DNA of 62,678 bases, counting the filler, from Chiloscyllium plagiosum (Eukaryota), in assembly GCF_004010195.1 (NCBI RefSeq). It is 4 parts of one record of this genome, joined end to end, with 100 filler letters (N's around TTAATTAATTAA, not from the genome) between each part and the next. Parts side by side here need not be neighbours in the genome. Positions count along the whole stretch, not along the records: positions 28,754 to 52,194 come from NC_057713.1; 3 more parts are not named here. One strand, written 5' to 3'. This document shows, piece by piece, positions 36,472 to 49,789 of this stretch (its first letter is position 1; each line of letters opens with the position of its first letter). A program made the position numbers and the translations under genes. The notes beneath the pieces are model-generated. The model saw nothing but the letters and a program-made list of their open reading frames with translations. It had not been told where the DNA came from and ran no database searches.

Positions 36472-38629
36472 GTCGACCAGCTGAGGAGACAGTTCTCTCT
36501 AGGTAGAAGGCCCAGAGCCTGCTATTTTGGTAACTCTATCAGTGCATTCCAGTTGTTAATGGCATTCATTTGACTTCCACTGAAAGCACTGGGCACTTCT
36601 TGGGGAACAACCAACAGTGTCACTGATCACGCATTCATACATTCACGAAACTTTTATTCGGAATGGGAGCCTCTGGAGGTCTTATTGTCTTTCAAGATGA
36701 GATATCTTGACTTCTGCCTGCAGATACAGGTGGTTGAGAGCACTAGTGGATAAGCATCTTCCCTGCAGTTTAATCTGTATGAATGGTCCCATTAACCCTC
36801 TTCACCTCCTCCCTTCAAGTTCCTAAAATAGAGAAATTCACATGGAGAAACTGGCAGTAATAAACTGGGGCAGAACTAATGAACAAAATGGGTTTATGAG
36901 AACCTAAATGCAAGCAGACAGAAAAAAAATCAACAGGAACTATCGAGAAATGATTTATTGATTTGGTCTCTTTGAATCAGCAACCTGTTGGCTCATTACC
37001 ACCGTGAGCATCTTTCAGATCAAAATATTGCACACACAATCTGATACACAAGATGGCAAAGTTTTCTAAATAACTGCTAAAATGAAGCTTCCACCAGTTT
37101 GAGGCAGGCACATAGCTGTAGTGCACAATGGGTGGCTTTTCAGCTGAATGGATTTACAGAGGTTGAATGGGCAGCCAGAAATGAAAAATTCAGGCGTGGG
37201 TATTGGGGATTGAGCTGCCAAACAATAGGAGTCTCTGATTAATGTAAAATGTAAGTATAACTGAAGAGATAGCAGTATGACTCAAAAAGAGGTCTTCTAC
37301 AATCGGTCAGCTTGTGTCTTAAAGAAGTGTATGCTTGAGCTGTCACCTCTTGCCCTCCCCTTCCCCCTCCATGCTCTTTGCATTTTGTTTTAGAAAATGA
37401 TATAAAAATGGTTAGACCCCGGCCATTCTGAGTAAAATGTCTTGTGTGTATATCTCTTCCTGTTGCTGTCACAAAAGCCCTTGGCCTGGGGCTCATCAGG
37501 CTACATAGATAGATTTTGGCTGCTTTGCCTTCAATGGCCCCATCAAAGCCCATTGACATAGAGCCGCTGAATTTTTTTGGAAGCGCTTGCATTTAACAGC
37601 GAGTTTTGCTGCAGCCAATCATTGCAATGTCTGTTTGATCAGGACCTGTTTGTCAATGCATCTGGATGGGGCCTCAAACAGAAGAAGCTTATAGAAAAGT
37701 TGGCCGTGAGCCCGGCCCTGACTGAAAGTGATTTTTCATTCATTTACTACTTGCATTTGCAGAACTGAGAAAACGACCATTTCCAAGCGAGATCAATGGC
37801 ATCTGATCTTTTACTGATGTCTGATTGAAGTGATGCTGTGTGCATAGAGAATACACGACAGGGAGTACTGAATTTTAAAAAATAAACCAAGAACTAATGT
37901 CTTGCTGCCTGACTTATTTTGTCTGCATTACATGCACTCAGAAATATTTCCCATTTGTATGAATGCACAGGGTGACCATACCAAAAACAGGCCATACTAA
38001 ACATAACGTGAGCAAACAACTTCAAATCAAAGAAAAAGGTTAAAAATGAGAATTTCCTTTCACATATTGCTGCAAGAACAGAATAGCTCATTTATGAAGA
38101 ACCAATGCTGTTTAACAATTTCCTGAAGCTGTGAATATTTACCAAACATGATTGATTTGAAATTCACAGTCAATTTGGGTCAGCATTGAGGGCCATAGGA
38201 GAAAGTGCACAGCCAGCAACTTTACATCAAGACCACTTTGAACAGCATGATTAAGACAGATAAACTACTTACAATTATGAAGTGGACGTAAGAAGTTTGA
38301 ATGAAATCTAACTTGCTCTTTCTATTAAATTTTGTAAATTACATCTTATTTACAGTGATCCTTGGCTACAAAGGAAGTTTTATATTAAATAAATGAACCT
38401 TTTATCACAATGGTAGGCCTTATTTATCTGTCAGATATTTTTCATTTTAAAAATCGAGGAGTATAGGAAGTCAGGCTACTCAGCTTTCTGAGCTACTATC
38501 CAATTAGATCATAGATGCATTTACCTTGTTTCTCATTCCCTCCCTTCTTAACTCATTGATTAACATTTCCAAATTTCCAAACCAAAAACCAATTTCCAAT
38601 TCCTGCAAGCTTTAGCTTATTTTTAACAG

Positions 38630-39050
38630 GCCTCTTATGAGGAAAGTCTCAATAGGCGAGAGCTATACTGTCTGGGGTTTAGAAGAATCAAAGATGATGT
38701 AATTGAAACATATAAGTTCCTGAAGATGCAGGTCAAAAGGACGTTTCGACTTGTGGGCAAATCTAGAACCAGGGGGTCATAATTTAAAAATAAGGGGATG
38801 CCTATTTAAAACAGAGATGAGGAAACATTTTTTTCTATCAGACGGATGTGAGTCTTTGGAATTCCATTCCTTAAAAGGTAACAGATGCAGAATCTTTAAG
38901 CATTTTTAAAGAAAAGATACATAGTTTCTTGATGAAAGATTTATCGGGAATATACAGAAATGTTGAGTTAAGGTGAAAATCAGGTCAGCGATGATATTAT
39001 TGAATGACAGAGCAGGCTCAAGGGACTGGTAACCCATTCTTGTTCATGTT
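38630..39050 (+). mobile_element. CR1 LINE 3' end (old)
   Basis: LGFRRIKDDVIETYKFL...SRTRG...LWNSIP motifs and 3' UTR. Confidence 0.75.
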
Positions 39051-39404
39051 CATATTTATTGGCTATGTGTGGAATCACAAATCTGTCTGCATCATTTTAA
39101 TCCTTCCTTTCCAGACTACGCACCAAAACAAGTTTGGAATGAAGCACTATTGAACAAACCTCCAGCTGGCACACATAAGGCTGCATTTCATCAAAGAAAG
39201 CCAATGTTAGAATCTGCAGAGAAACATCGAGTTGGGGGAAGGGTGTGAGAAAACGTTGGCTTTACAGTAAATGTAATTGAGATTGATACCAGTCAGAGGA
39301 TTTAGGTTTTACCTGGACTCTGGCCAAACAGATTAGATCGATTGCTGCAAGAATCCCGAAAACCTTCATGCATCCCAGATTAACAAACAAGGCAGATTTT
39401 TAAA

Positions 39405-39905
39405 AATTTTTCATGAGATGCAAGTATCATTGGCTGAGACACCATTTGGTGGCCATCCCTAATGGCCCCTGAAGAAGATGGTGGTGAGCCACTTTCTTGA
39501 ACTGCTGCCATCCATCTGGTGGAGGTTGACCCACAGCGGTGTTACAAAGATAGCTCCAGGATTTTGATCCAGTGACAGTGAAGGAACAGCAAGATAGTTC
39601 CAATGCCGAATGCTGTGTGACTCGAAGAGGAAACTGCAAGCAATGGTGTTTCCATTGCATTTACTAACCATGTCCTTCTTGTTGGTAGCAGTCACAGTTT
39701 TGGAAGATGCTGTCAAAGTAGCCTCAGTGAATTACTGCCATGCACCTTGTAGATGGTACACACTGATGCTACTGTGTGCTTGTGAAGGAAGAACAGAATA
39801 TGTAGGGAGGTGAATGGGATGCCATTCACACAAACTGCTTTATCTTGGATGGTGTTGAGATCCTTGAGTATTATTAGAGCTACACTCGTTTGGGGAAATG
39901 GAAAG
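39405..39905 (-). mobile_element. Crack/Daphne-like LINE 3' end
   Basis: Reverse complement of the 44235-44712 family (SKSW...QQFKKVAHHHLL). Confidence 0.7.
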
Positions 39906-40484
39906 CATATGGGGAAGAATATAGTGTTATTATCTATGGAATAGTAATTCCAATACCTAGATAATACTCTGAAGACTTTGGTTCAAGTCTAGAAGATGGA
40001 ATTTGAATTGCAAAACTCTGGAATTAAAACTGACCTGTTGATTGTTTTAAATACTCATCTGGCTCACTACTGCTTTAAGGGAAGGAAAACATCTGTCCTC
40101 ACCTGCTCTGGCCTACATGTGACTCCAGACCAACAGCACTGTAGTTGACTCTGTGGTTGTACTTTGAAATGGCCTAGGAAGCTACTCAGTCATAGTAAAT
40201 CTCCAAAAAGCCTCTTAAAAGAATGGAGCACTTGGCACCAATCTGGGTACTGGAAACGCCAACAGCAAACAAAGTCCTTCCAGCCCTGTGAAACTTTCCT
40301 GGGGGAGTGCTGTCTCACAGAGTTGTCAATCAACAACCCGACATAGTCATACTCACAAATAGAACCTTTCAGACCATGACCCAGTGGTGTACAGTCAAAA
40401 GGGAAGTGCCTGCTAGTTCTCATCAACATCTCCAAAGTCAATGAAATAGCAACAGATTACAACTTGAACATGGAACATGCACAA

Positions 40485-41620
40485 GAGTTTAGAAGGATGA
40501 CAGGGGATTTGATTGAAACATATAAAGCAGGGCTGGACAGACCAGATGCAGGGAGGACATTTTCCCTATTTGGAGAATCTAGAATCAGGGTCACATTCTC
40601 AAGATATGAGAGAGACTAGTTAGGACTGAACACAGAATAAAGAACAGGACATCACTGGAACAGACCGTTCTGTGCCAGCCATGATGCCATTCTAAACTAA
40701 TCCCACCTGACTGCACATGGCCCTCATCCCTTACTTCCTGCCTTTTCAAGTGTCAGTCTAAATAACTTTTAAACTTTTCTATCATATCTGTTTCTACTGC
40801 CTTCCTTGGCAGTGCTTTCTAGGCACCAACTACCCTCTGTGTAAAAAATCATGCCTTGCCTATCTTCTTTTAACTTTCCCCTTCTCATGTTAAACTTATG
40901 CCCTAGCATTTGAAATTTCCACCCTGGAGTAAAGACTCCAAACATCCACACTATGCATTGCCTCTTGTAATTTTATATACTTCTATCGGGTTGCACCTCA
41001 GTCTCTGACACTCTAGCAAGAACAATTCAAGTTTTTCAATCTCTCCTTTAGCTAATACACTCCAATCCAGGAAACATCCAGGTCAACTTCCTTTGCACCT
41101 GTTCCAAAGCCTCCACTTCTTTCTTATAGTGTAGGGACTAGAACTGCATGCAGTACTTCAAACATGGCCTAACTAAAGGTTTATACAGTTTCAACATGAC
41201 TTGCCCGCTTTTATGCTCAACGTCCAGACCGATGAAGGCAAGTATGACATATGCCTTCTTTAGTCCCTTATTCACTTAGCATTGCCTCCTTTCTGGAGCC
41301 ATGGACTACAGTCCAAGATCCCTCTGTATATCAATGCTCCTAAAGGTTCTGCCATTTACTGTATACTTTCATCTTACATATGACCTCCAAAAATGTATCA
41401 TCTCACTCTTGTCTGGGTTAAACTCCACCTGCCATTTCTCCACTCAACTTTCCAATTAGTCCATAGCCTAATGTATTGTTTGTCAACTTTCCTCAATATC
41501 CATGACTCCACCAATTCTTGTAATGTGAGATGAGAAAAGATTTATTGTCTCCCAGGGTAGTGAACATGTGGAATTCTCAGGTCTCTATGGAATGGCCTCC
41601 TCCTGTTCCTAGTTTTTTTA
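40485..41620. mobile_element. Nested CR1 3' ends (minus 40610-41520 inside a plus-strand 3' end)
   Basis: Similar to 33048-34322 on minus; flanks read FRRMTGDLIETYK and VVNMWNS on plus. Confidence 0.75.
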
Positions 41621-42830
41621 TGAAACATACCGATTACCAACCAACACAACCAATCCCCCTCCCAATCGACTGATGAATAAGTACTCCTCAATCAAATGGA
41701 GGAAGCACAGAATGTAATCTGGGTGGGGGACTTCAAGCTCAATAACCAAGAGTGGTTTGGCAGCCATATGACTGATTGATCTGGTTGAGTCTTAAGGGAC
41801 ATAGCTGCTAGATGGGATCTGCAGCAAGTGGTGAGGGAACCAACAAGAGGAAAAAATATGCTTGATCTCATCCTCACCAATCGACCTGCTGCAGGTCTAT
41901 CCATCCATGGCGTTGATATTGGGTTCAATAAGAGTGAAAACAATGGCATCCTTTGGAAATGCTAAATCCTATCTTCACATTGAGGATGCCTTTCATCATG
42001 GAAATATCATCATGTGAAATTGATTAAATTTCAAACAGTTCCGGGAACTCAAACCTTGGGCCATCAAAAGCAGAATCATACTCCAACACAAAGTGAAACT
42101 TCATAGCCCAGCATACTCCACTCAACCATTACCGTCAAGCCAGGGGATCGACCCTAGGTCAATGGAGAGTTCAGGAGAGTATGCAAGAGCAGCATGAGGC
42201 ATACCTGAAAATGAGATGTCAACCTGGTAAGCTACAAAACAGAACTACATGCATGCTAAACAGCAAAAGCAACAAGTGATGGACAGAGGTAAGCAATCAC
42301 ACAGCCAACAGATCAAATCAAAGTTCTGCAGTCCTTTCACAGCCAGTTGTGAATGGTGGTGGACAATTAAACAATTCACCAGAGGACAAGGCACCACAAA
42401 TATCCCCATCCTCAACAATGGAAGCGCCCAGCACATCAGTGCAAAAAACAAGGCTGACAACATCTTCAGCCAGAAGATCCATCTTGGCTGTTTCCAGAGA
42501 TCCCCAACATCACAGATGCCAACCTTCAGACAATTTGATTCACTCCACTCGAAATCAAGAAAAAGTTGGAGGCACTGGATACTGCAAAGACTTTTGGCCT
42601 TGACAACATTCCAGCAATATTACTGAGGACTTGTGCTCCAGAACCTGCTCCTCCCATAACCAAGCTATTCCAGCACAGTTAAAACACTGGCATCTACCCA
42701 GCAATGTGGAAAATTGACCAAATACGTCCTGTACACAAAAAGCAGGACAAATGTAGCCTGACCAATTATCACCCAATCAGTCCACTCTTAATCATCAGTA
42801 AGGTGATGGAACGTGTCATCAATAATGCTA

Positions 42831-44232
42831 GTGAGTTTTGAGAAGACTTGTTGCTCATGTTGAGGTTCTGGATGTAATTTTTTCGCAGAGCTGGAAAGTT
42901 CTTTTCCAGACATTTCGTCACCATACAAAGTAACATCATAAGTGAGCCTCTGGTGTAGCACTAGTGTTATGACCTGCTTTCTATGTATGTGTTTAGCTTT
43001 CCTTGGGTTGGTGGTGTCATTTCCTGTGATGGTGTCATTCCCTGTGATGATATAATTTTCTGTTCTTTTTTCCAGAGGCTGGAAATTAGGGTCCAAGTTG
43101 ATGTGTTTGTTGATAGCGTTCCGGTTGGAATGCCATGCTTCTAGGAATTCTCATGTATGTTTCTGTTTGTCTTGTCCTAGGATGTATGTGTTGTCCCAAT
43201 CGATGTGGTGTCCTTCCCCATCTATATGTAAAGATACTATTGAGAGTGGTCATGTCTTTTTGTGGCTAATTGATGTTCATGTACCTGGTGGCTAGTTTTC
43301 TGCCTGTTTGTCCAATGTAGTGTTTCTAAGAGTTTTTGCAAGATATTTTGTAAATGACACTCATTTTGCTTGTTGGCTGTTTAGGGTCTTTTAAGTTAAT
43401 TAGCTGCTGTTTTAATGTGTTGGTGAATTTGTGGGCTACCATGATGCCAAGAGGTCTGAGTAGTCTGGCAGTCATTACTGAGATGTCTTTAATGTAGGGG
43501 AGGATGGCTAGGGTTTCTGGATGTGTTTTGTCTGCTTGTTTGGTTTTGTTGCTGAAAAAACAGATGACTGTGTTCATTAGATACCCGTTCCTTTTGAATA
43601 CACCGTGTAGGTGATTTTTCTCTGTTCGTCACAGTTCCTCGTGCTGCAGTGTGTAGTGGCTCGTTGAAATAATGTTCTAATGTAGCTTCGTTTGTGGGTG
43701 CTGGGATGATTGCTTCTGTAATTCAGTATTTGGTTTGTATGCATTGTTTTCCTGTAGATGCCGGTTTGAAGTTCCCCATTGACTGCTCACTCTACTGTAA
43801 CATCTAGGAACAGTAGTTTGTTGTTGTTTTCCTCCTCTTTTGTGAATTTTATGCCAGTGAGGATATTATTGATGGTCTTGAAGATTTCCTCTAATTTGTT
43901 TCGTTTAGTGATGACAAAAGTGTCATCTGTGTAGCGGACCCAAAGTTTGGGTTGGATGGTTGGTAGAGCTGTTTGTTTGAGTGTCTGCATTACTGCCTCT
44001 GCTAAGAACCCTGATATTGGAGATCCCATGGGTGTTCTGTTGGTTTTATTATTGAAAGTGAAGTGGGTGGTAAGGCATAGGTCCACTAACTTGACAATGT
44101 TGTCTTTGCTAATGATGTTGTTGCTGTTTGGTGTATGTGTCTTTGGTTCTTCTAATAGTGTAGTCAACAACAGATTTCTCAGCAACAAACCCAAACAAGC
44201 AGACAAAACACGTCCAGAAACCCTAGCCACCA
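42831..44232 (-). mobile_element. Penelope-like element (Poseidon-type): RT C-half, GIY-YIG and pseudo-LTR, 5'-truncated with short inversion
   Basis: TPMGSPISGFLAEAVM, WVRYTDDTF, IKFTKEEENNNKLLFLDV, LPYIKDIS, VIYKISCKNS...HYIGQTGRKL; 44167-44229 is an inverted copy of 43504-43568. Confidence 0.92.
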
Positions 44233-46665
44233 GTAAGGAATGCAGGATAAGTTTCCCCACTTGCCTGGATGAGTGCAATTCCAACAGCACTCAAGAAACT
44301 TGACGCCATCCAGGACAAAATAGTCTGCTGATTATCACTACATCCAGAAACATTCACCACCAAGCACTGTATGCAAGACGCAAAGCAGAACTTTGCAGAG
44401 GCTCCTTAGACAGCACTTTCCAAACTCATGACTACTGCCATCTAGAAAGATAAGCACAGCAGATACATTGGAGCACCGCCACTTCCAAGTTCCTCTCCAA
44501 GCCATATACATTTCTGATCACCACTCTTTCATTATTATTGGGTCAAAATCCTGGAATTCTCTCCCTAAAGGCATTGTTGGTCCATCTATAGCACATGGAC
44601 CGCAGCGATTCAAGGAGACAGCTCACCACCACCACCTTCCCAAGGGCAATTGAGGTTCAGCAATAAATGCTAGCCAGTGAGCGACAATTACATCCCTGAA
44701 TGAATAAAAAAAGTCACATTATAACTTATGAAAAAGGCATTACGGCAAACAAATTGATTTTTGTGCGTGCAGCTTACAGGTCCAGTCGCAGATCACTGAG
44801 GCAGCACCACAACATTGTGTGAACTCAGTGCATTTTGTGCTTAAGGTAAAATCTCTTCGCCTACAACAGGAGCCATTCATTGTATCCTAATCATCACTTT
44901 AGATGACAATAACTAACAGGTTAAGGAAGTCAGCTTTTGATGAAAAGTCACATTTCTTTAATTCGAATAAAATTTCTTGTCCAGTAAATTCATTTCTATA
45001 TTTAAGTTAAACCAAACCCATTATTTGTCCCTTTGCTTTAAAACACTAGCAAAACGTCAGAGTGAAGAATGACGACATGATCATCTTGTTTCTCAAGGGC
45101 TGAACTGATTCATTTGCTTTTATGTCTTTGTAGTTTTGGAGAAAGTTTTTATTTCTTGCCTCAACATGCTTCTGGAAAATTCTTAGTATGACTTCAGTTT
45201 TGAGGTTTTTGCTTTTTGCTCTAAGGAGTCACGCATGGGTTTTAGAAAATTTTCCTCATGTAGACATGGGCAGAATTTGTTTATGTTTGTTGCCAGGAAT
45301 CGACCCTCACCAAAATCTGGAATTATTCATTTCTTATTTTATCTTGATCATTAACAGATGATGTGTGTTTATGTATCAATCCCAAAATACAACATAGTAA
45401 TTAGAGTTTGATTTATAAAGATGCCATTTTGGTAACTTGCCTTTGCTTTCAATTACTTTATGGAACAATAGATATTCTGCCAAAGGTTTCCTTTTTTAAA
45501 AATGTTGTACCAATGCTCCTATTCCAATAGGAGGGAGTTTTGTTCTCTTCCTGCTCCTTAACTTATTTTTATTGCTATGTGTCAATTTAAAGGTGAGGCA
45601 GAAGCAAAAACATAACATTCTTTCATCTTTTAAAATTGAAAAATACAAGGACAAATACAATTTCAGAATATCACCAAGACAGAATCATAGAATGATACTT
45701 GGCAGACAGCATAGAAGGTGGATATTCAGCCTGCTATGTCTGTACTAACTCTCTGTAAGTCCTTCTCAGTTAATTTTATTTGCCTACCTTTTCCATGCAG
45801 CTATGCAAATGTTTAGGTGTTTCCAGTTCAACTCTTAAATCAGCATTAAACGCAAATAATGTTCAGGAAAGAAATGCAATACGCTATTAATATGCCTCCT
45901 GTCTTGTCATGGTCAGGTGACCTCTTCAATGAGGCACTGAGTGGAGATCTCCACCTTCAAGCCAGTTTTCAATAACGACACAGCACAGGCAACATAGTAC
46001 TGAGTTGAACACTGAATGTGGTGTCAGAAGTGGAGCTGACCTGGAGTGTTGAAGACCTGTATATAAACATAGTGACCAACTGAGAAACACAAGCATGTTC
46101 AGAGTTGTGGAGGCTGCTACACACCATTGGAAAGGAACAGAGAAACAAGCCACACCTGAAACGTTGGGTAAGACACAACAATCACTGCAGTTCCTCCCGT
46201 CCCAGCACTGGCCAAAACAAAAGGTGATTTAAAAAGAAACTGGCAGTTTTTCTACACGCAGTGGCACAAATTCTGATGGGGGTATGTATCTTACAGCCAG
46301 ATTTTCAATAAGGGCACATTAGGGCAAGATAACACCAAACTGGACACCAAACACACTTATAATGAAATGCAGGACCTTGAGATGACTAAAGCGGATGAGT
46401 AGAGGAGGGTTTTACTTTACTGTCTCAAATCGCACATGTCATATTGGCATCAATCCATCATGGGCGAAGACAAAAGTGCCTGGCATGTTTGTCAATTCTA
46501 AATTAAGCATTGTCTGTCAGGGCTATAGAGGCTGATTCATAAGGGGAAATTAATTCTGCAGCTGGCATAAATGATCAGCATTGACCCAATGGTCACTTCT
46601 AGCAGGCTCTCTTTTACACCACCCAATCATTCACTCTATTCTGAGCTGTCTCTACAACATTCATA

Positions 46666-47888
46666 GGTAAAAACAAGGATGGCAGATGCTGGAAACCAGA
46701 TTCTAGATTAGAGTGGTGCTGGAAAAGCACAGCAGGTCAGGCAGCATCCAAGGAGCAGGAAAATCGACGTTTTGGGCAAAAGCCCTTCATCAGGAATACA
46801 GGCAGATTGCCTGCAGGGTGGAGAGATAAATGAGAGGAGGGTGGGGGTGGGGAGAAAGTAGCACAGAGTACAATAGGTGAATGGGGCTGGGGTGATAGGT
46901 CAGAGAGTAGGGTGGGGGAAGGTAGCAAAGCGTACAATAGGTGAATGGGGGTGGGGATGAAGGTGATAGTTCAGAGAGGAGGGCATCTTCAACCATGTGA
47001 GAAGGGAAATTGCGATCTCTAAAGAAGGAGGCCATCTGGTGAGTTCTGTGGTGGAAGATGCCCTCCAACGCATCTCGNNNNNNNNNNNNNNNNNNNNNNN
47101 NNNNNNNNNNNNNNNNNNNNNNNNNNNNNNNNNNNNNNNNNNNNNNNNNNNNNNNNNNNNNNNNNNNNNNNNNNNNNNNNNNNNNNNNNNNNNNNNNNNN
47201 NNNNNNNNNNNNNNNNNNNGCATAGAGTACAATAGGTCAGTGGGGAAGGAGATGAAGGTGATAGGTCAGGGAGGAGAGGGTGGAGTGGATAGGTGGAAGA
47301 GGAGCTGGGCAGGTCGGACAAGTCCGGACAAGTCAAGGGGACAGTTTTGCTGGAGGTTAGAAACTAGGATGAGGTGGGGAAGGGGAAATGAGGAAACTGT
47401 TGGAATCCACATTGATGCCCTGGGGTTGAAGTGTTCCGAGGCAGAAGATGAGGCGTTCTTTCTCCAGGCGTCTGGTGGTGAGGGAGCGGCGGTGAAGGGG
47501 GCCCAGGACCTCCATGTCCTCGGCAGAGTGGGAGGGGGAGTTGAAATGTTGGGCCACAGGGCGGTGTGGTTGATTGGTGCGGGTGTCCCGGAGATGTTCC
47601 CTAAAGCGCTCTGCTAGGAGGCGCCCAGTCTCCCCAATGTAGAGGAGACCGCATCGGGAGCAACCTTCCCCACCCTCTTCTCTGATCTATCACCTCCATC
47701 TCCACCCCCATTCACCTTTTGTACTCTATGCTACTTTCTCCCCACCCCCACGCTCCTCTCATTTATCTCTCCACCCTGCAGGCACTCTGCCTCTATTCCT
47801 GATGAAGGGGCTTTGCCCAAAACGTCAATTTTCCTGCTCCTCGGATGCTGCCTGAACTGCTGTGCTTTTCCAGCACCACTCTAATCTA
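46666..47888 (-). mobile_element. Rearranged Penelope-like element (Neptune/Nematis-like) with inverted pseudo-LTRs and GIY-YIG remnant
   Basis: Arms ~46703-46925 / ~47664-47888; minus 47360-47660 reads LLYIGETGRLLAERFREHL...VAQHFNSPSHSAEDMEVLG...RLEKERLIFCLGTLQPQGINVD; contains an N gap at 47078-47219. Confidence 0.88.
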
Positions 47889-48624
47889 AAATCCACATTG
47901 TCCCTGACTGCTCATTTCCAGGCACAGTGACAAGGATTTCCCACATGCCCATTCCAATCCCAGTCAAACCTGAAATCTTTCTTGGAAATATCTTTGGAAG
48001 ACAGTCTTGGGGACAGGTTACTTATAATGTTGATACAAGGCTGCTAATGACTTCCAGACAGAGGTTGCCAATGGAGTCTCTACATCATGAGCCAAAACTG
48101 AACGTCGGTCCAACACCAGGAGAACAAGCCTACAAGTTGTTACAAGTGAACTTCAGTATGGGATACCAGCACAGCATCTCAGTAAACAGCAACTCACAGA
48201 GTAGAACATTATACCCTCTGGTCTTGCTACATTGAACAGCTTGCCATCACCCTCAATGACTTGTCAAAGGCTTACAACAGCAGCGTGGAGTTTAAAGAGT
48301 GTTCCTCTGCAAATTGAAAGCCTTGCAGGGGTCTCTGAAAGCAATGTAGTGCAGTCTGTGCGAAAAGATTACCCAAATTTTAGGACGTCAAATGGTGACT
48401 TGATCAAAGTTTTAAAGATATTAAGGGGAAAAGGACAGGAAAGAGAAGATATTTCTGCTAATAGGGGAGTCTAGAACTCAGGGACAAGGACTAAAAACTA
48501 GAGCTAGATGTATTAGGAATTAAATTATGGATCACTTCTACATGAAAAGATGGTAGATGTTTGAGTCTTTCTTCAAAAACAATTCATTTTAAATCTGAGA
48601 TTGTTTTTATAATTATCAAAATTA

Positions 48625-48943
48625 TTATTACTAGTCCACCAATCCAGAGAGCCTTGTAATGATCTGGGGACCCAGTTTCGAATCCTGCCATGGCAGATGG
48701 TGGAATTTGGATTCAATTAAAAATCTGGAATTAATAATCCAATGATGACCATAAAACCAGTGCTTATTGCCAGGAAAATCTCATCTGGTTCATTAAAGTA
48801 ATTCAAGGAAGGAAATCTGCCATCTTTACCTGATCTGGCCTACAAGTGACTCCAGACCCACAACTGCCCTCTGGGCAATTAGGGATGGACAATAAAAGCT
48901 GGCCTAGCCAGTGATGCCCTCATTCTATGAATGAATAAAAAAA
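48625..48943 (+). mobile_element. tRNA-derived SINE (MetaSINE-like) inserted in a CR1 3' end
   Basis: B box TTTCGAATCC; central CATCTGGTTCATTAA...GGAAGGAAATCTGCCATC...GTGACTCCAGACCCACA; tail GGCCTAGCCAGTGATGCCC...GAATGAATAAAAAAA. Confidence 0.8.
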
Positions 48944-49789
48944 TTAGGGTTTATGAGAAAAAGTATATAGATCCACCATGTCATCATTGATAAAACAGGA
49001 TTGTTGGACTAAATGGTCTATTCCTGGTCCATGTTTCTCTTGTATATGCATTCACCTTTTTTGCCAAAGTAATTAAAAAATACTCTCAGTACTCAGACCT
49101 TCGTGCATTGCAATGCACTTTCCTGAGCTCCAAATCCTTGCAGTAACATAGAAGATCATTGTGAATGGAATATAAGAGGAAGAAGAAAGGGGTGTGAAGT
49201 ATGAAGGGATAAATTTTAATGATACACCATGCTGATGTAATATTTACTTAAGAGAGAAGCAAATAAGAAACCATGCCTGTTTCAAGGCCTGTTGTGGTTG
49301 GACTTACAAATGTCTATGGGTTTCAACTAACCTTAAAGGAGGTTTGAGTGAAATAAGATGAGAGGAAAGATCAACTATTAGATGTTCATTTTCTGTCTAA
49401 AGTAAGGGGGTGAATTACATTAAAGAAGTTACAACTGGACTGTTTCAAATAAAGCCTTTAGTCATTCAGTTTAGTGAATTTTTGCAAATGTTAATGACTC
49501 TCATGGTATACAATGATTTAACATGTCTGAAATTCCACTCTCTTGTTTTAGCAGAGGTGTCAATCTATGAAAACCTTGACTTGGAGAAGCCGGTGTTGGA
49601 CTGGGGTGAACAAAGTTAAAAATCACACAATGCCAGGTCATAGTCCAACAGGTTTATCTGGAGGTTTCGAAGTGCTGCTTCTTCATCAGCCTGATGATTT
49701 TATTTTTCACCAGGACACCGTTACATGCTGCCCAAATCAGACGCTGAGAATTCTGCATGGAGTAACTCATTTCCTGACTCACAGGAATC

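Larger units (their letters stand above)
39915..44712 (+). mobile_element. Crack/Daphne-like LINE remnant with SINE-like 5' head, interrupted by CR1 and PLE insertions
   Basis: SINE-like head 39915-40190; EN start QQPDIVILT (~40335); NVIWVGDF and VREPTRGKNMLDLILTN (41710-41880); EWWWTIKQ (~42350); 3' end SKSWNSLP...RFKETAHHH and GAATGAATAAAAAAA tail; most of the RT is deleted. Confidence 0.75.

Noticed and set aside
44780..44845. Possible 66-nt exon (AG...GT) encoding VQSQITEAAPQHCVNSVHFVLK
   Set aside because: Weak splice signals, no recognisable protein and no partner exons; cannot support without transcript data
47900..48360. Possible RTE-clade LINE remnant (ELQY motif near 48147)
   Set aside because: Too degraded to support from inspection alone
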